DNA of 64,000 nt, from assembly GCA_029007825.1 (NCBI GenBank), contig JAQXIO010000062.1, positions 1,252-65,251 of the forward strand, given 5' to 3'. Positions 7,810 to 17,910 of this stretch are shown here, in pieces. The notes beneath the pieces are model-generated. The model was not told the DNA's origin, ran no database searches, and saw only the letters and a list, made by a program, of their open reading frames with translations. The DNA is from Bacteroidales bacterium. GTDB lineage: Bacteria; Bacteroidota; Bacteroidia; Bacteroidales; JAQXIO01. The stretch's first letter is position 1. Each line of letters opens with the position of its first letter. A program made the translations under genes and the position numbers.

Positions 7810-10683
7810 ATGAGAAAGAAACTACTATTCATCGGATTTGCTTTATCTGTCATTTTTAATAGTGAGGCGTCGCCGACCGTTGCTGACCACTCTTCTTTAA
7901 TCTTTAAGGATAAGGTATTCAATGATTATTTGTCTTCCTGGATTGCAAATGAAGGGGGTACCCAGCGGCGTCATGTTCCGCATACGATGTCTGCAATGTT
8001 CGTACAACAAAATGGTCTTGTGGCAACGATTTGCGGATGGGATGAAGGGGGAACGAACGTTGCCGTATATAATAAAGGTGAAATTATCAGTGTTCCGGAG
8101 GGTTCCGGAACCGGAGGTTGGGGGCGTATGTCGGGATGTGCTGTCGTATTGGACGAGGAGTATACTTATCAATTGCTTACACAGCATGGTTGCGACTCTC
8201 CTAATCCCAATCCCAATGGGAACGGATTGCCACAGTATCCAATCTGTGACGATGAAGTGCTGTGGCATACAATAAGACGGTATGATATCCAAACGGGAAA
8301 GTCAGCTCCGTTTTCATCGGGCTACGGCTATAAGGGAGATATGTTGTTAGTTGCGGAGGAGTCTGCGCGTGAGATGGTGGGCTTGGCTATTACATCGAAG
8401 GAGTTGTATGTTGCCGTAGCCGGAAAGGAATCGGGCATGCCCGATTCGATAAAGGTTTACAGTAAATTGACGATGAGCAGTAAGCCAGTTCGCGCATTTG
8501 AGATTGCGGGCGGGGTAGGCTATTTGAGCGCGGATGCAAAGAGAGGATTGTGGATGCGCCAAAATAATAAGATCGTTCGTTTATCGCAGATCGACGGTAC
8601 TCCGATGGGACAGGAGATCGTTATACCGGAAGGAGTTGTGACGCAATCGTTCAATGTCGATCTGGAAGGAGAACGTTTGTTGCTGGCTAATAGCGGCCGG
8701 GATTTGAACGTTCTTATTTACGGTAATATCTATAGTGTACCTGAACTTAGCGGGACTTTCGGAGTTAAAGGCGGTTATCTCTCTACGGAAGGCGGTTATA
8801 AGAAGGGTGCGGCCGGGCCACTGCGTTTCTGTGGTCCTCAGGGTGCCGGGGTTGACGGGAGCGGCAATATTTATGTTTGCAATACTTTCGTAGGCGGCAA
8901 CGGTGCGGTACTTGAAGCGTACACTCCGGAAAAAGAGCTGTTGTGGAAAACGGAAGGATTGGTCTTTACTGCGGTAGCGGACTTTGACCGGTCAGATGCA
9001 GAGACGGCTTATATTCCTGATAAACTTTTCAAAATCGATATGAGGAAAGCGGGTCATCGGGTGGATGAGCTAATCGCTTATACTGTCGATCCTTTTACAT
9101 ATCCGGACGATGAAAGGACTCCTGGACACTCATTTATAACATCAACCTTTAAAAGAACGATCAACGGACAAAGTTTTCTTTTTGTTTCTGACATGTACGG
9201 AGGAATTCTTGAGGGGTATCGTTATACGGAAGAGGACGGTTATATCGGGATTCCTTTTTTGCAAGTGAGCAATGGGGGCAGTAGCGGAGTTATTCGTATG
9301 TGGATAGACGATAATGCTAACGGACAAAAGGAAGATGACGAGTGGCGTGAAATTGCAGAGACTAATGGATACAGTATGTCCTTTTTCCCGGACAAACAGG
9401 GAAATATCTGGCGAGGAAGCCGGGAACAAGGCTTTACTTTGTGGAAGGTCGGAGGGAATAATTCTCTCGGGATTCCCCAATATGCGGAGGGTGTTCATTA
9501 TGCTCTACCCAAAGGAACGAATGGTGTAAAACGTATCTATTATCTACCGGAGAGGGATGAGCTTTTCCTGGCCGGCTTTTCACAAGAGAAGCCCGATTCT
9601 GGAGATACGTGGTGGGCTTTGGGCTCGACTGTAGCCAAGTATACCAAGGCGATGGAACGTATAGAAAAAGGAGAGGATGTTTCGACATGGGAACCGGATC
9701 TGCTTCTTTATATTCCTTTCGAGGCCAATGATGAAACCGGTATAGATGCCAAAGCGATGGCGGTGGAAGATAATCTGATATTTTTTTCAATGGCCAGAAA
9801 TGGGGCTATTACGGTTTATAATACCGAGAGCGGGGAGTTTTTAGGAACACTCAGTCCCGGTGATGAGTTGGGAAGGCAGAGCGGATGGTCGGATTTTAAT
9901 TATTGCATCAATGCAAAAAAGAATGAGGACGGTTCTTACTTTGTATTCAATGAAGAGAACGGTTTTGCAAAAGTCGTTCTATACGATCTTTACGGCTTTT
10001 CGACGGAAAAGAGGCTTCAGGGCGATTTGAAGCCAACTGAATTTTCTTTTGTGGATGCAGAAGGAGGGTCGTATTCTATAGATGCGTTGCCTGTTGATAA
10101 ACCGATTTATCCAGTTATAGGGGTACTGAACAGATGGAAAGGTGATGTAACGCAATACAATCGTTTACTGGAGGCGCGGTGCATTGCCGAATTTCGTTTG
10201 GTCGATAGAGAGACGGGTGAAGAGCTTTACCGATCGTATTCGGAAGCTTATAAGCAAGATATAGCCCCATCGGAGGAAATTGACAGAAAAGCCCAAGAAC
10301 CATTTACTCTTTCATCAGGTGGCAATTATATTTTAGTTGCTGATGTAAATTATGGACCGACTGGAAAAGATATGAATATGAATAACAACGTTTTGGAGGT
10401 GGAGCTCGGTGCGTCTACCGCTATAGAGCAAACGGATTCTTCATTGTCTTTGCAGCTTTATCCGAATCCTACTTCGGGCCATTTGGTAATACAAGGGGCT
10501 TCTGTCCGGCCGAATTCTCAGATTAAAATATCGAGTCTGGACGGTACATTATTATTATCTCAAGTCATTGCGACAGAAGGATGCGTTAGCCTCGATGTTT
10601 CTTTTTTGCCACAGGGTATTTATCTTTTGCAGATTTTTGCAGATTCGAGGTTTGTACAGTGGCAAAAGCTTATCATTCAATAA
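7810..10683 (+). CDS. large secreted protein of unknown function with T9SS C-terminal sorting domain
   Basis: 957 aa with a signal peptide and one NHL-like segment (GPQGAGVDGSGNIYVCNTF). The C-terminus, LYPNPTSGHLVIQG...GIYLLQI...KLIIQ, is a typical type-A T9SS CTD. Confidence 0.8.
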   Translation: MRKKLLFIGFALSVIFNSEASPTVADHSSLIFKDKVFNDYLSSWIANEGGTQRRHVPHTMSAMFVQQNGLVATICGWDEGGTNVAVYNKGEIISVPEGSGTGGWGRMSGCAVVLDEEYTYQLLTQHGCDSPNPNPNGNGLPQYPICDDEVLWHTIRRYDIQTGKSAPFSSGYGYKGDMLLVAEESAREMVGLAITSKELYVAVAGKESGMPDSIKVYSKLTMSSKPVRAFEIAGGVGYLSADAKRGLWMRQNNKIVRLSQIDGTPMGQEIVIPEGVVTQSFNVDLEGERLLLANSGRDLNVLIYGNIYSVPELSGTFGVKGGYLSTEGGYKKGAAGPLRFCGPQGAGVDGSGNIYVCNTFVGGNGAVLEAYTPEKELLWKTEGLVFTAVADFDRSDAETAYIPDKLFKIDMRKAGHRVDELIAYTVDPFTYPDDERTPGHSFITSTFKRTINGQSFLFVSDMYGGILEGYRYTEEDGYIGIPFLQVSNGGSSGVIRMWIDDNANGQKEDDEWREIAETNGYSMSFFPDKQGNIWRGSREQGFTLWKVGGNNSLGIPQYAEGVHYALPKGTNGVKRIYYLPERDELFLAGFSQEKPDSGDTWWALGSTVAKYTKAMERIEKGEDVSTWEPDLLLYIPFEANDETGIDAKAMAVEDNLIFFSMARNGAITVYNTESGEFLGTLSPGDELGRQSGWSDFNYCINAKKNEDGSYFVFNEENGFAKVVLYDLYGFSTEKRLQGDLKPTEFSFVDAEGGSYSIDALPVDKPIYPVIGVLNRWKGDVTQYNRLLEARCIAEFRLVDRETGEELYRSYSEAYKQDIAPSEEIDRKAQEPFTLSSGGNYILVADVNYGPTGKDMNMNNNVLEVELGASTAIEQTDSSLSLQLYPNPTSGHLVIQGASVRPNSQIKISSLDGTLLLSQVIATEGCVSLDVSFLPQGIYLLQIFADSRFVQWQKLIIQ

Positions 10684-10732
10684 TTAATGCGCAATTGAAT
10701 TCTGTTTTTATTATAAACCAAATTAGTATACT

Positions 10733-13700
10733 ATGAAAAATGTTGTTTTTAGCCACGTACTGAGGGGATTGATGCTCTTTATTGCATTAAGTGGCTTTAT
10801 GAGCTTGTCTGCTCAATTAAGTAAAACCGTAGTTTCGGAGAAAGGAAAGTTGAAAGAGGCTTTGGAGCTTTCCTTGTCGGAAGGCGAAACACTGGATCAG
10901 ATTACGGAACTTACGATTACCGGAGAGTTGGACGGGCGCGATAGTTATAGCGACACTGAGGAGCTTCTGCCGGATTATACAAAAGATTTCGAAACTGTTC
11001 GATTATTGTTGATAAATTTGGAAAGGCTCGATCTATCCGGGGTAACTGCAATTTATGATGGTGAAAACAATCTTGCAGGTATCCCGTGGAGAGCTTTTTC
11101 TTATTTGAAAAAAGATCAGACGAAGCCGAACGAAAAGCTCAAAACCGTGGTATTGCCAACGACTATCCAGAAGTTGGGCGGTGATGCTTTCTGGGATTGC
11201 CGGGCTTTGGAGGAAATCAATTTTCCTGCAACATTGACCGATGTACCTCAGGGTTGTTTTACTAATTGTTACAGTTTGAAAAGTTTCAATGTCGATCCGG
11301 AGAATGCGAGATTTGCTTCTGAAAACGGGGTTTTGTACAGTAAGGATATGAAGGCGTTGTATGCTTTGCCATATGCTTGGGCTGAAACGGAATATAATAT
11401 GCCGGCTACTATCGAAAAAATCGAATGGGAGAGAGCTTTGGTTTCATCCAATGTTAAACATATCGGTTTATCGGCTTCAGTTTCTATTAATGACGATAAG
11501 CGTATTTTTCAGTATTTGGAAGGTTCCGATAATCTTGAATCGATTACGGTTCCGGAAGAGAATGTGAATTTTCGTTCAATAGACGGCGTTCTTTTCAATG
11601 CCGATATGACGGAGTTGTTGTTTTATCCGGCGGCAAAAGCCGATCGTTATTATTGTGTGCCTGAGGGTATTATTAATTTGGGTGGGGCTGCTTTTGCAAA
11701 TTCGAAAAATCTATTGATGGTGGATTTGCCTTCGACGTATGTTCAAAATAAGACTTCATGGCAGGATGAAAGACAATTTTTCAATTCCAGTATCGAATCG
11801 ATTACGCTTCCGAAATCTCTTCAGAATATGAACTGGGGATTTCTTCGCGGTTGCAAGAATCTAAAACAGGTTATTTGTTTAGGAGATGTTCCTGTAAATG
11901 CGTCTCCTAATGTGCGCGAGGTATTTTGGGACAGTAAGATTGGGCGAATAGTTGTTCCGGTAGGTTCTCTCGAAGCGTATGAAACGGCTTGGGAGGCAGG
12001 TTCGGATGCTCCTACGGCGAATAAATTCGTAGAGGCAACGATTGTAGATTCTCCTAATGGAGAGTTAGCTTCGATTTTAGGAGAATCGGCGGCTTCAATA
12101 GAGGAATTACTCATTACGGGTGATATGATTGCTGCTGATTATTTTTTCATGCGGGATGGAATGACGGCATTGAAAAAAGTCGATTTGTATGCTGCAAGAA
12201 CCCTTGCTTCACAGATTACTACGACGAACGGCGATCAACCGCAAACGGAAAGTTATGATGGGGATGCCATACCTCAGGGTGCTTTTAATAAGAACGGTTC
12301 TATTGAGTCTGTCGTATTGCCGATGACAACAAAAGTTATTCAGTGGAATACTTTTGATGAGATGGCTAAATTATCAAGTGTTTCGATGTCTGTTTATGTA
12401 AATGGAAATATCAACCCATCAGCATTTGTCGGCTCTCTTCAGTTAAAGGAAATTATTTTAGACTCACGAAATCTTTCTTTACTTGTGGATAATGGGGTTT
12501 TGTATTCAAAGAATAAGGAGACCTTGTATATTTATCCACCGGCTAAGGAGGAGGAGTCTTACACGATGCTTCCGGAGACAAAGGTGTTAAGGGAGAATGC
12601 TATCAGGGATGCTGCGGCTTTGAAGAGTATAACTTTTTCTCCTGTTTTAGAAAAGATCGAGAATAGATCTCTTGCTAATATGGATGGAATCGTTAGATTG
12701 GATTTGCCGTCAACAGTTTCAGATATCGCTATTTGGGGAATAGAACTGATGAATTTGGCAGAAATAAATATCGAAGAGGGCGGAGTTTTTAAATCTGTTG
12801 AGGGGGTATTGTATACTGCAAACGGTAAAGAGCTTGTGAAGTATCCGAGGGCTAAGACTGATAAACACTTTGTTTTTCCCGATGGACTTGAAAGGCTTCG
12901 TCGGGAGTCAGCTGGACGGACTCTTTATTTGGAGTCGGTTATTGTTCCAGAAGGTGTAACTTTCATGGACGAGGCGATCTTTATAGCATCGACTTCATTG
13001 AAGAGTATTATTCTTCCTTCTACCTTGGATACGGCTCTTTGGGGACTTTGCCGCGAATCAAGAAAGTTGGAGCAATTGATTATTAAGGCAGAAAAAGCAC
13101 CGGTGTCTAAAACACATTCCAATGAGTTGTTCTGGGATACTCCTAATACAGCGTGGTTAGGGGTATCAAGCCAAACTGCCGTGGAGAATTATAAGAAAAC
13201 GGAAGATGAAAACGATATAGCGTATGATCCTGATAACAAAGGTTGGACATTCTGGTTGCGGGAGAATCGGCAACCGATCATTTACCATACCGTGACGGTT
13301 GAGAATGCGTCTTCTCCTTATCCGCTTGCGAATGAGAAAGTGAAAGTTCCTATCTATGCTCCTTTACAAAATGAAAATGGAGAATATTTCTCTATGTGGG
13401 ACGCTGATGCCGATATCGTTATCCGCGACAAGGCGGCAAATGAAACTTATTTTCAAATGCCGAACAGGGATGCAGTCGTAAAGGCGATCTATAAGAAAGG
13501 ATATAATATTGTTGTTGAGAATGGAACGGCTGTAAAAGAGATTGCAACTGAGGGTGAGTCAATTTCTATCGAGGCCGGAACGGTAGCCGGACAACAATTT
13601 TATCGTTGGGAAGCAGATGGGGTTACTTTTGCAGATCCGTATGCAGCAAAAACAACGTTTACTATGATTGCTTCAGACGTTACGATCAAAGCTGTGTTTA

Positions 13701-14155
13701 AAACGCCTTATGGTATTATGGTAGAAGGTGGTGTAGCTTATAAGTCTCAAGCTGTTGAAGGGCAAGTCGTAGAGATTAGCGCCGATGAGCCTGAAGTGGG
13801 TTATGTGTTTGATAAATGGGAATCTGAAGATGTCGTTTTTGCCGATGCAACGAATCCTGAAACATCGTTTACTATGGTGGGTAAAGACGTTTCTATCGTT
13901 GCTAAATTCAAAAGAGACGATACGGCGATTGACGATGTTGACGGTGCATCAGTAAATCTTTATCCTAATCCTGCTTCGGATTATATTATTGTCACGGGGT
14001 TGGTAGAGGGGCAGCCTTATGCTATCTACAACAATGCGGGCGTATTGTGCATACAGGGTACGATTACGGGAGCGCCTATAGATGTTCAAATATTACCTGC
14101 GGGTTCAGAATATATTTTCGTTAGTGGTGTGAAGGTACTTCAATTCATGAAGTAG
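10733..14155 (+). CDS. BspA-type leucine-rich-repeat surface protein with Listeria-Bacteroides repeats and T9SS C-terminal sorting domain
   Basis: 1140 aa with a signal peptide. It has many ~23-25-aa LRR units of the BspA kind (IP..AF..C..L..I.LP..L..I). The C-terminus is LYPNPASDYIIVTGL.... Confidence 0.85.
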   Translation: MKNVVFSHVLRGLMLFIALSGFMSLSAQLSKTVVSEKGKLKEALELSLSEGETLDQITELTITGELDGRDSYSDTEELLPDYTKDFETVRLLLINLERLDLSGVTAIYDGENNLAGIPWRAFSYLKKDQTKPNEKLKTVVLPTTIQKLGGDAFWDCRALEEINFPATLTDVPQGCFTNCYSLKSFNVDPENARFASENGVLYSKDMKALYALPYAWAETEYNMPATIEKIEWERALVSSNVKHIGLSASVSINDDKRIFQYLEGSDNLESITVPEENVNFRSIDGVLFNADMTELLFYPAAKADRYYCVPEGIINLGGAAFANSKNLLMVDLPSTYVQNKTSWQDERQFFNSSIESITLPKSLQNMNWGFLRGCKNLKQVICLGDVPVNASPNVREVFWDSKIGRIVVPVGSLEAYETAWEAGSDAPTANKFVEATIVDSPNGELASILGESAASIEELLITGDMIAADYFFMRDGMTALKKVDLYAARTLASQITTTNGDQPQTESYDGDAIPQGAFNKNGSIESVVLPMTTKVIQWNTFDEMAKLSSVSMSVYVNGNINPSAFVGSLQLKEIILDSRNLSLLVDNGVLYSKNKETLYIYPPAKEEESYTMLPETKVLRENAIRDAAALKSITFSPVLEKIENRSLANMDGIVRLDLPSTVSDIAIWGIELMNLAEINIEEGGVFKSVEGVLYTANGKELVKYPRAKTDKHFVFPDGLERLRRESAGRTLYLESVIVPEGVTFMDEAIFIASTSLKSIILPSTLDTALWGLCRESRKLEQLIIKAEKAPVSKTHSNELFWDTPNTAWLGVSSQTAVENYKKTEDENDIAYDPDNKGWTFWLRENRQPIIYHTVTVENASSPYPLANEKVKVPIYAPLQNENGEYFSMWDADADIVIRDKAANETYFQMPNRDAVVKAIYKKGYNIVVENGTAVKEIATEGESISIEAGTVAGQQFYRWEADGVTFADPYAAKTTFTMIASDVTIKAVFKTPYGIMVEGGVAYKSQAVEGQVVEISADEPEVGYVFDKWESEDVVFADATNPETSFTMVGKDVSIVAKFKRDDTAIDDVDGASVNLYPNPASDYIIVTGLVEGQPYAIYNNAGVLCIQGTITGAPIDVQILPAGSEYIFVSGVKVLQFMK
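13283..13918 (+). repeat. three tandem ~70-aa protein repeats (Listeria-Bacteroides / InlB B-repeat-like) inside the LRR protein
   Basis: The units start YHTVTVEN..., YNIVVENG... and YGIMVEGG.... Each ends in the pattern F..W......FAD....T.FTM....V.I.A.FK. Confidence 0.6.
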
Positions 14156-14184
14156 ATTTTTTATTTTTAGTTAGTTGTGTATGT

Positions 14185-14225
14185 AAATCCGCTTGAAGTG
14201 TTTATACTCTTCAAGCGGATTTTTT
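14185..14225 (+). terminator. rho-independent terminator
   Basis: 14-bp perfect stem, aaatccgcttgaag / cttcaagcggattt, followed by a T-run. It sits 30 nt after the LRR gene stop. Confidence 0.85.
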
Positions 14226-14306
14226 CATTTTTTAGTATGAACCAGGTCGTGGATTGCGAACGGTAAGTCGTTTTAGTAGTCAGTATGGTCATGTTGTGTT
14301 TGTTCC

Positions 14307-14357
14307 ATGATTTTGCGTTGTTCGGAATCGGGATGGGGAAAATAGAGCTGTGAGTTT
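14307..14357 (+). repeat. direct repeat, right copy (orphan duplicate of the TIGR02757-like gene 3' end)
   Basis: atgattttgcgttgttcggaatcgggatggggaaaatagagctgtgagttt would encode [14 protein letters not shown]. Similarity stops sharply on both sides. Confidence 0.9.
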
Positions 14358-14537
14358 GGTGGGTGGCGAACGGATGCGAACAGCGGTTTGCGGGAGGTTG
14401 TTCCGGTTTTTAATGGTTGTTTGTGCGATTTGGCGTGTAAATATCCTTCGGGTCAGAAGATTATTTGTTATTTTTGCACATTATTTTGCAGCGGGCTTGC
14501 GCTGTGTTTGTACGGTAATGATCTAACGATATATAGA

Positions 14538-17156
14538 ATGAAGATTGCGAGTAAATATAATCCTGCCGAGGTAGAGGGCAAGTGGTATCAGTATTGGTTG
14601 GATAACGGTTTTTTCAAATCGAAGCCTGACGGTCGTGAGCCGTACACAATCGTTATTCCGCCTCCTAATGTGACGGGTGTATTGCATATGGGGCATATGC
14701 TTAACAATACGATTCAGGATATTTTAGTGCGTCGTGCACGTATGCAGGGAAAGAATGCCTGCTGGGTGCCGGGTACGGATCATGCTTCGATTGCTACGGA
14801 GGCTAAGGTTGTGAACCGACTGGCTCAAAAGGGTATCAAGAAGGCCGATCTGACACGTGAAGAATTTATGGAACATGCGTGGGAGTGGAAGGAGGAGCAC
14901 GGTGGTATTATATTGAGGCAGCTTCGTAAGCTGGGTGCTTCATGTGACTGGGACCGTACCGCTTTTACTATGGATGAGCTGCGATCGGAGAGTGTTATCA
15001 AGGTTTTTGTTGATTTGTTCAATAAGGGGCTTATTTACCGCGGGGTGCGTATGGTAAACTGGGATCCGAAGGCTTTGACGGCATTGTCGGATGAGGAGGT
15101 TATCTATAAAGAGGAGCATAGCAAGTTGTTTTACCTGCGTTATAAGATCGAAGGTGAGGATGGTTATGCGATCGTGGCTACGACGCGTCCGGAGACGATT
15201 ATGGGGGATACGGCTATGTGTATCAATCCGAACGATCCGAAGAACCAGCATTTGAAGGGTAAGAGGGTTATCGTTCCGCTTGTGGGATGGGTGATTCCGG
15301 TTATAGAGGACGATTATGTGGATATCGAGTTCGGTACGGGTTGCCTGAAGGTTACGCCTGCCCATGATGTAAACGACTATATGCTGGGTGAGAAGTATCA
15401 TTTGCCGAGTATCGATATTTTCAATGATAACGGTACGATCAGCGAGGCTGCGGGTTTGTACGTGGGTATGGACCGTTTCGATGTGCGTAAACAGATCGAG
15501 GGTGATTTGAAGGAGGCCGGTCTTTTGGAGAAGGTCGAGGCTTATGAGAATAAGGTGGGTTACTCGGAACGTACGAATGTGCCTATCGAGCCGAAGTTGT
15601 CTATGCAGTGGTTCCTGAAGATGGAGCATTTGGCTGAGATTGCTTTGGAGCCGGTGATGAAGGATGAGCTTAAGTTTTATCCGCATAAGTTCAAGAATAC
15701 GTACCGTCACTGGATGGAGAATATCAAGGATTGGTGTATCAGCCGCCAGCTTTGGTGGGGACACCGTATTCCTGCTTATTTCCTGCCGGAGGGCGGTTAT
15801 GTGGTAGCGGAGACGCCGGAGACGGCTCTGGTGCTGGCGAAGGAGAAAACGGGTAATGCTGCTTTGACGATGGCTGATTTGCGTCAGGACGAGGATGTAT
15901 TGGATACGTGGTTTTCTTCGTGGTTGTGGCCTATTTCGTTGTTTAACGGTATCAATGAGCCGGATAATGAGGAGATCAGTTATTATTATCCGACAAACGA
16001 TTTGGTGACGGGACCGGATATTATTTTCTTCTGGGTGGCGCGTATGATTATGGCGGGTTATGAATTCAGGGGTGAGATGCCGTTCCGGAACGTTTATTTT
16101 ACAGGTATTGTGCGTGATAAGTTAGGGCGTAAGATGTCCAAGTCGTTAGGTAATTCTCCCGATCCGCTGAATTTGATCGAGCAGTATGGTGCGGACGGTG
16201 TCCGTATGGGTATTATGATGGCTGCTCCGGCGGGTAACGATGTGCTTTTCGACGATGCGCTCTGTGAACAGGGTCGTAATTTCAATAATAAGATATGGAA
16301 TGCTTTCCGTCTTGTAAAGGGCTGGGAGGTGAGCGAAGATATTGCGCAGCCGGAGGCGTCGGCTTTGGCTGTGAAGTGGTTCGATGCGCAGTTGTGCAAG
16401 ACGGTTGCGGAGGTGGACGATCTTTTCAGCAAATACCGTCTGAGCGAGGCTATGATGGCTATCTACAAACTTTTCTGGGATGAGTTTTCGTCGTGGTATT
16501 TAGAGTTGGTGAAGCCGGCTTACCAACAGCCTATCGATGCGGTAACGTATCGTGCTACTTTAGGTTATTTCGATGCTTTGCTCAGGTTGCTGCATCCGTT
16601 TATGCCGTTTATTACGGAGGAGTTGTGGCAGGATTTGGAGGAACGTAAACCGGGCGAGAGTATTATGATTGCGCGGATGCCTGAGGCTAAGGCTGCCGAT
16701 TCCCGGCTTTTATCTGATTTTGAACGGGTGAAAGAGGTAATTGCGGGAGTGCGTTCGGTACGTTTGCAAAAGAATATCCCAAATAAAGAGTCTCTCGATC
16801 TTGAGGTGTTCGGTGCGCATGACAGGGCGTTTGACGGGGTGATCGGGAAGATGTGTAATTTGTCTTCTATCAAGAGCGTAACGGAGAAGAGTGCGGGTGC
16901 GGTTTCTTTCCTTGTGGGGACAACGGAGTATGCTGTTCCTATGAGCGGAAATATCGATGTGGAGGAGGAGTTGAAAAAGTTGCGTGACGAGTTGGCTTAT
17001 CAACAGGGTTTTCTGCAATCGGTATTAAAGAAGTTGAGTAATGAGGCGTTTGTGAATAAGGCTCCGGCGAAGGTTATCGATATGGAGCGCAAGAAGCAGG
17101 CTGATGCGGAGAGTAAGATCAGATCGCTCGAGGAGGCTATTGCGTCTCTTTCTTAA
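14538..17156 (+). CDS. valS: valine--tRNA ligase
   Basis: HMGH and KMSKS class-I signatures, an N-terminus [20 protein letters not shown], and a C-terminal coiled coil. The start is placed at ATG 14538 rather than the TTG of the ORF track. Confidence 0.95.
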   Translation: MKIASKYNPAEVEGKWYQYWLDNGFFKSKPDGREPYTIVIPPPNVTGVLHMGHMLNNTIQDILVRRARMQGKNACWVPGTDHASIATEAKVVNRLAQKGIKKADLTREEFMEHAWEWKEEHGGIILRQLRKLGASCDWDRTAFTMDELRSESVIKVFVDLFNKGLIYRGVRMVNWDPKALTALSDEEVIYKEEHSKLFYLRYKIEGEDGYAIVATTRPETIMGDTAMCINPNDPKNQHLKGKRVIVPLVGWVIPVIEDDYVDIEFGTGCLKVTPAHDVNDYMLGEKYHLPSIDIFNDNGTISEAAGLYVGMDRFDVRKQIEGDLKEAGLLEKVEAYENKVGYSERTNVPIEPKLSMQWFLKMEHLAEIALEPVMKDELKFYPHKFKNTYRHWMENIKDWCISRQLWWGHRIPAYFLPEGGYVVAETPETALVLAKEKTGNAALTMADLRQDEDVLDTWFSSWLWPISLFNGINEPDNEEISYYYPTNDLVTGPDIIFFWVARMIMAGYEFRGEMPFRNVYFTGIVRDKLGRKMSKSLGNSPDPLNLIEQYGADGVRMGIMMAAPAGNDVLFDDALCEQGRNFNNKIWNAFRLVKGWEVSEDIAQPEASALAVKWFDAQLCKTVAEVDDLFSKYRLSEAMMAIYKLFWDEFSSWYLELVKPAYQQPIDAVTYRATLGYFDALLRLLHPFMPFITEELWQDLEERKPGESIMIARMPEAKAADSRLLSDFERVKEVIAGVRSVRLQKNIPNKESLDLEVFGAHDRAFDGVIGKMCNLSSIKSVTEKSAGAVSFLVGTTEYAVPMSGNIDVEEELKKLRDELAYQQGFLQSVLKKLSNEAFVNKAPAKVIDMERKKQADAESKIRSLEEAIASLS

Positions 17157-17439
17157 TGAGGGGCATTATATGAACAAATATCCGGAGGCCGGATAATTGC
17201 CGGTGTTGTTCCGGTGTATATAGGCAGTGAAAACAGAAGAGGTTGCGGGATTCCGGCAGCCTTTTCCGTTTTATCGGTAGTTATGCTACTGTGTTTTTGG
17301 GGAAACGGTGGGGGGCCGTTGCCGCCCGATTCGCTGTTTTTTAATAGAGTATCCCGCTTTGTGTATCGAGGGATTATGGTATTTATGTGCGGGATAAATC
17401 GGGGCTTGGGGCTATGGTTCGTTTTCTTTCAATAGCAGT

Positions 17440-17598
17440 TTGCAGTCTGTTGATTTCCGCAAGCCCTTTGGGGCTTCCAATGAGGGGATAGCCGGGGTTG
17501 GCGGTGCGTGTGTGGTCGTCGAGTATTTTCAGGCGTATTATCGGGCTTTCTCCTACTGAGTATATGGGTCATTACCGGAGAATCGAGGCTAAAGAGTA
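17440..17598 (+). pseudogene. possible remnant of an AraC-family regulator (C-terminal HTH fragment only)
   Basis: One frame ends ...SSSIFRRIIGLSPTEYMGHYRRIEAKE*, which resembles the AraC C-terminal pattern F.r.Fk...G.sP.eYr. An in-frame stop lies just upstream and the possible continuation is in another frame. Confidence 0.3.
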
Positions 17599-17846
17599 GT
17601 TTTTTGACCATTTCTGTTTTTGATCGAAGGGATAAAAAAGGGGGGGGGAGAAAGCGTTTTTGCGTTTTTTTTTAAGTATAAGTGTGTTTTTCGATTCATT
17701 ATGGCTGGGGTAAATATCTTTTGAGAATTTGTGTTAATATTTTGATATATAAGGGTGTAATTAGGTGGGGAGCAGGTGTATTGCGGACGGAGTGGTGCCA
17801 GTTGTAAAAAAGAAAAGGGAAGAGTTTTGTAAAAAATGGGTCTCTA

Positions 17847-17878
17847 TTTGATCAGATGAAAAAAAAATTCTACCTTTG
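17847..17878 (+). promoter_or_regulatory. Bacteroides-type promoter (TTTG-N20-TACCTTTG) with an A9 run in the spacer
   Basis: TTTG at 17847-17850 and TACCTTTG at 17871-17878, 33 nt upstream of ATG 17911. The spacer contains A9 (17859-17867). Confidence 0.55.
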
Positions 17879-17910
17879 GAGCCGTAAAAACAACGATAAG
17901 TTGAAAATGT

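Noticed and set aside
14388-14537. 50-codon N-terminal extension of the valS ORF from a TTG start ([15 protein letters not shown]...).
   Set aside because: The conserved ValRS N-terminus ([20 protein letters not shown]) begins at ATG 14538. The extension is Cys/Leu-rich with no protein-like pattern and overlaps the region just after the right direct repeat.
14940-15764. 274-aa minus-strand ORF inside valS. Similar long antisense ORFs occur at 6194-6730, 41061-41708, 41931-42764, 46290-47090 and 51617-52294.
   Set aside because: All lie entirely antisense to confidently identified genes and have skewed low-complexity composition (R/H/L/V/F-rich). They are the usual shadow ORFs created by codon bias of the real gene.
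17214-17435. 73-aa plus-strand ORF downstream of valS.
   Set aside because: It is G/F/C-rich and not protein-like. It may be part of the eroded region around the AraC-like remnant, but it is not supportable as a gene.
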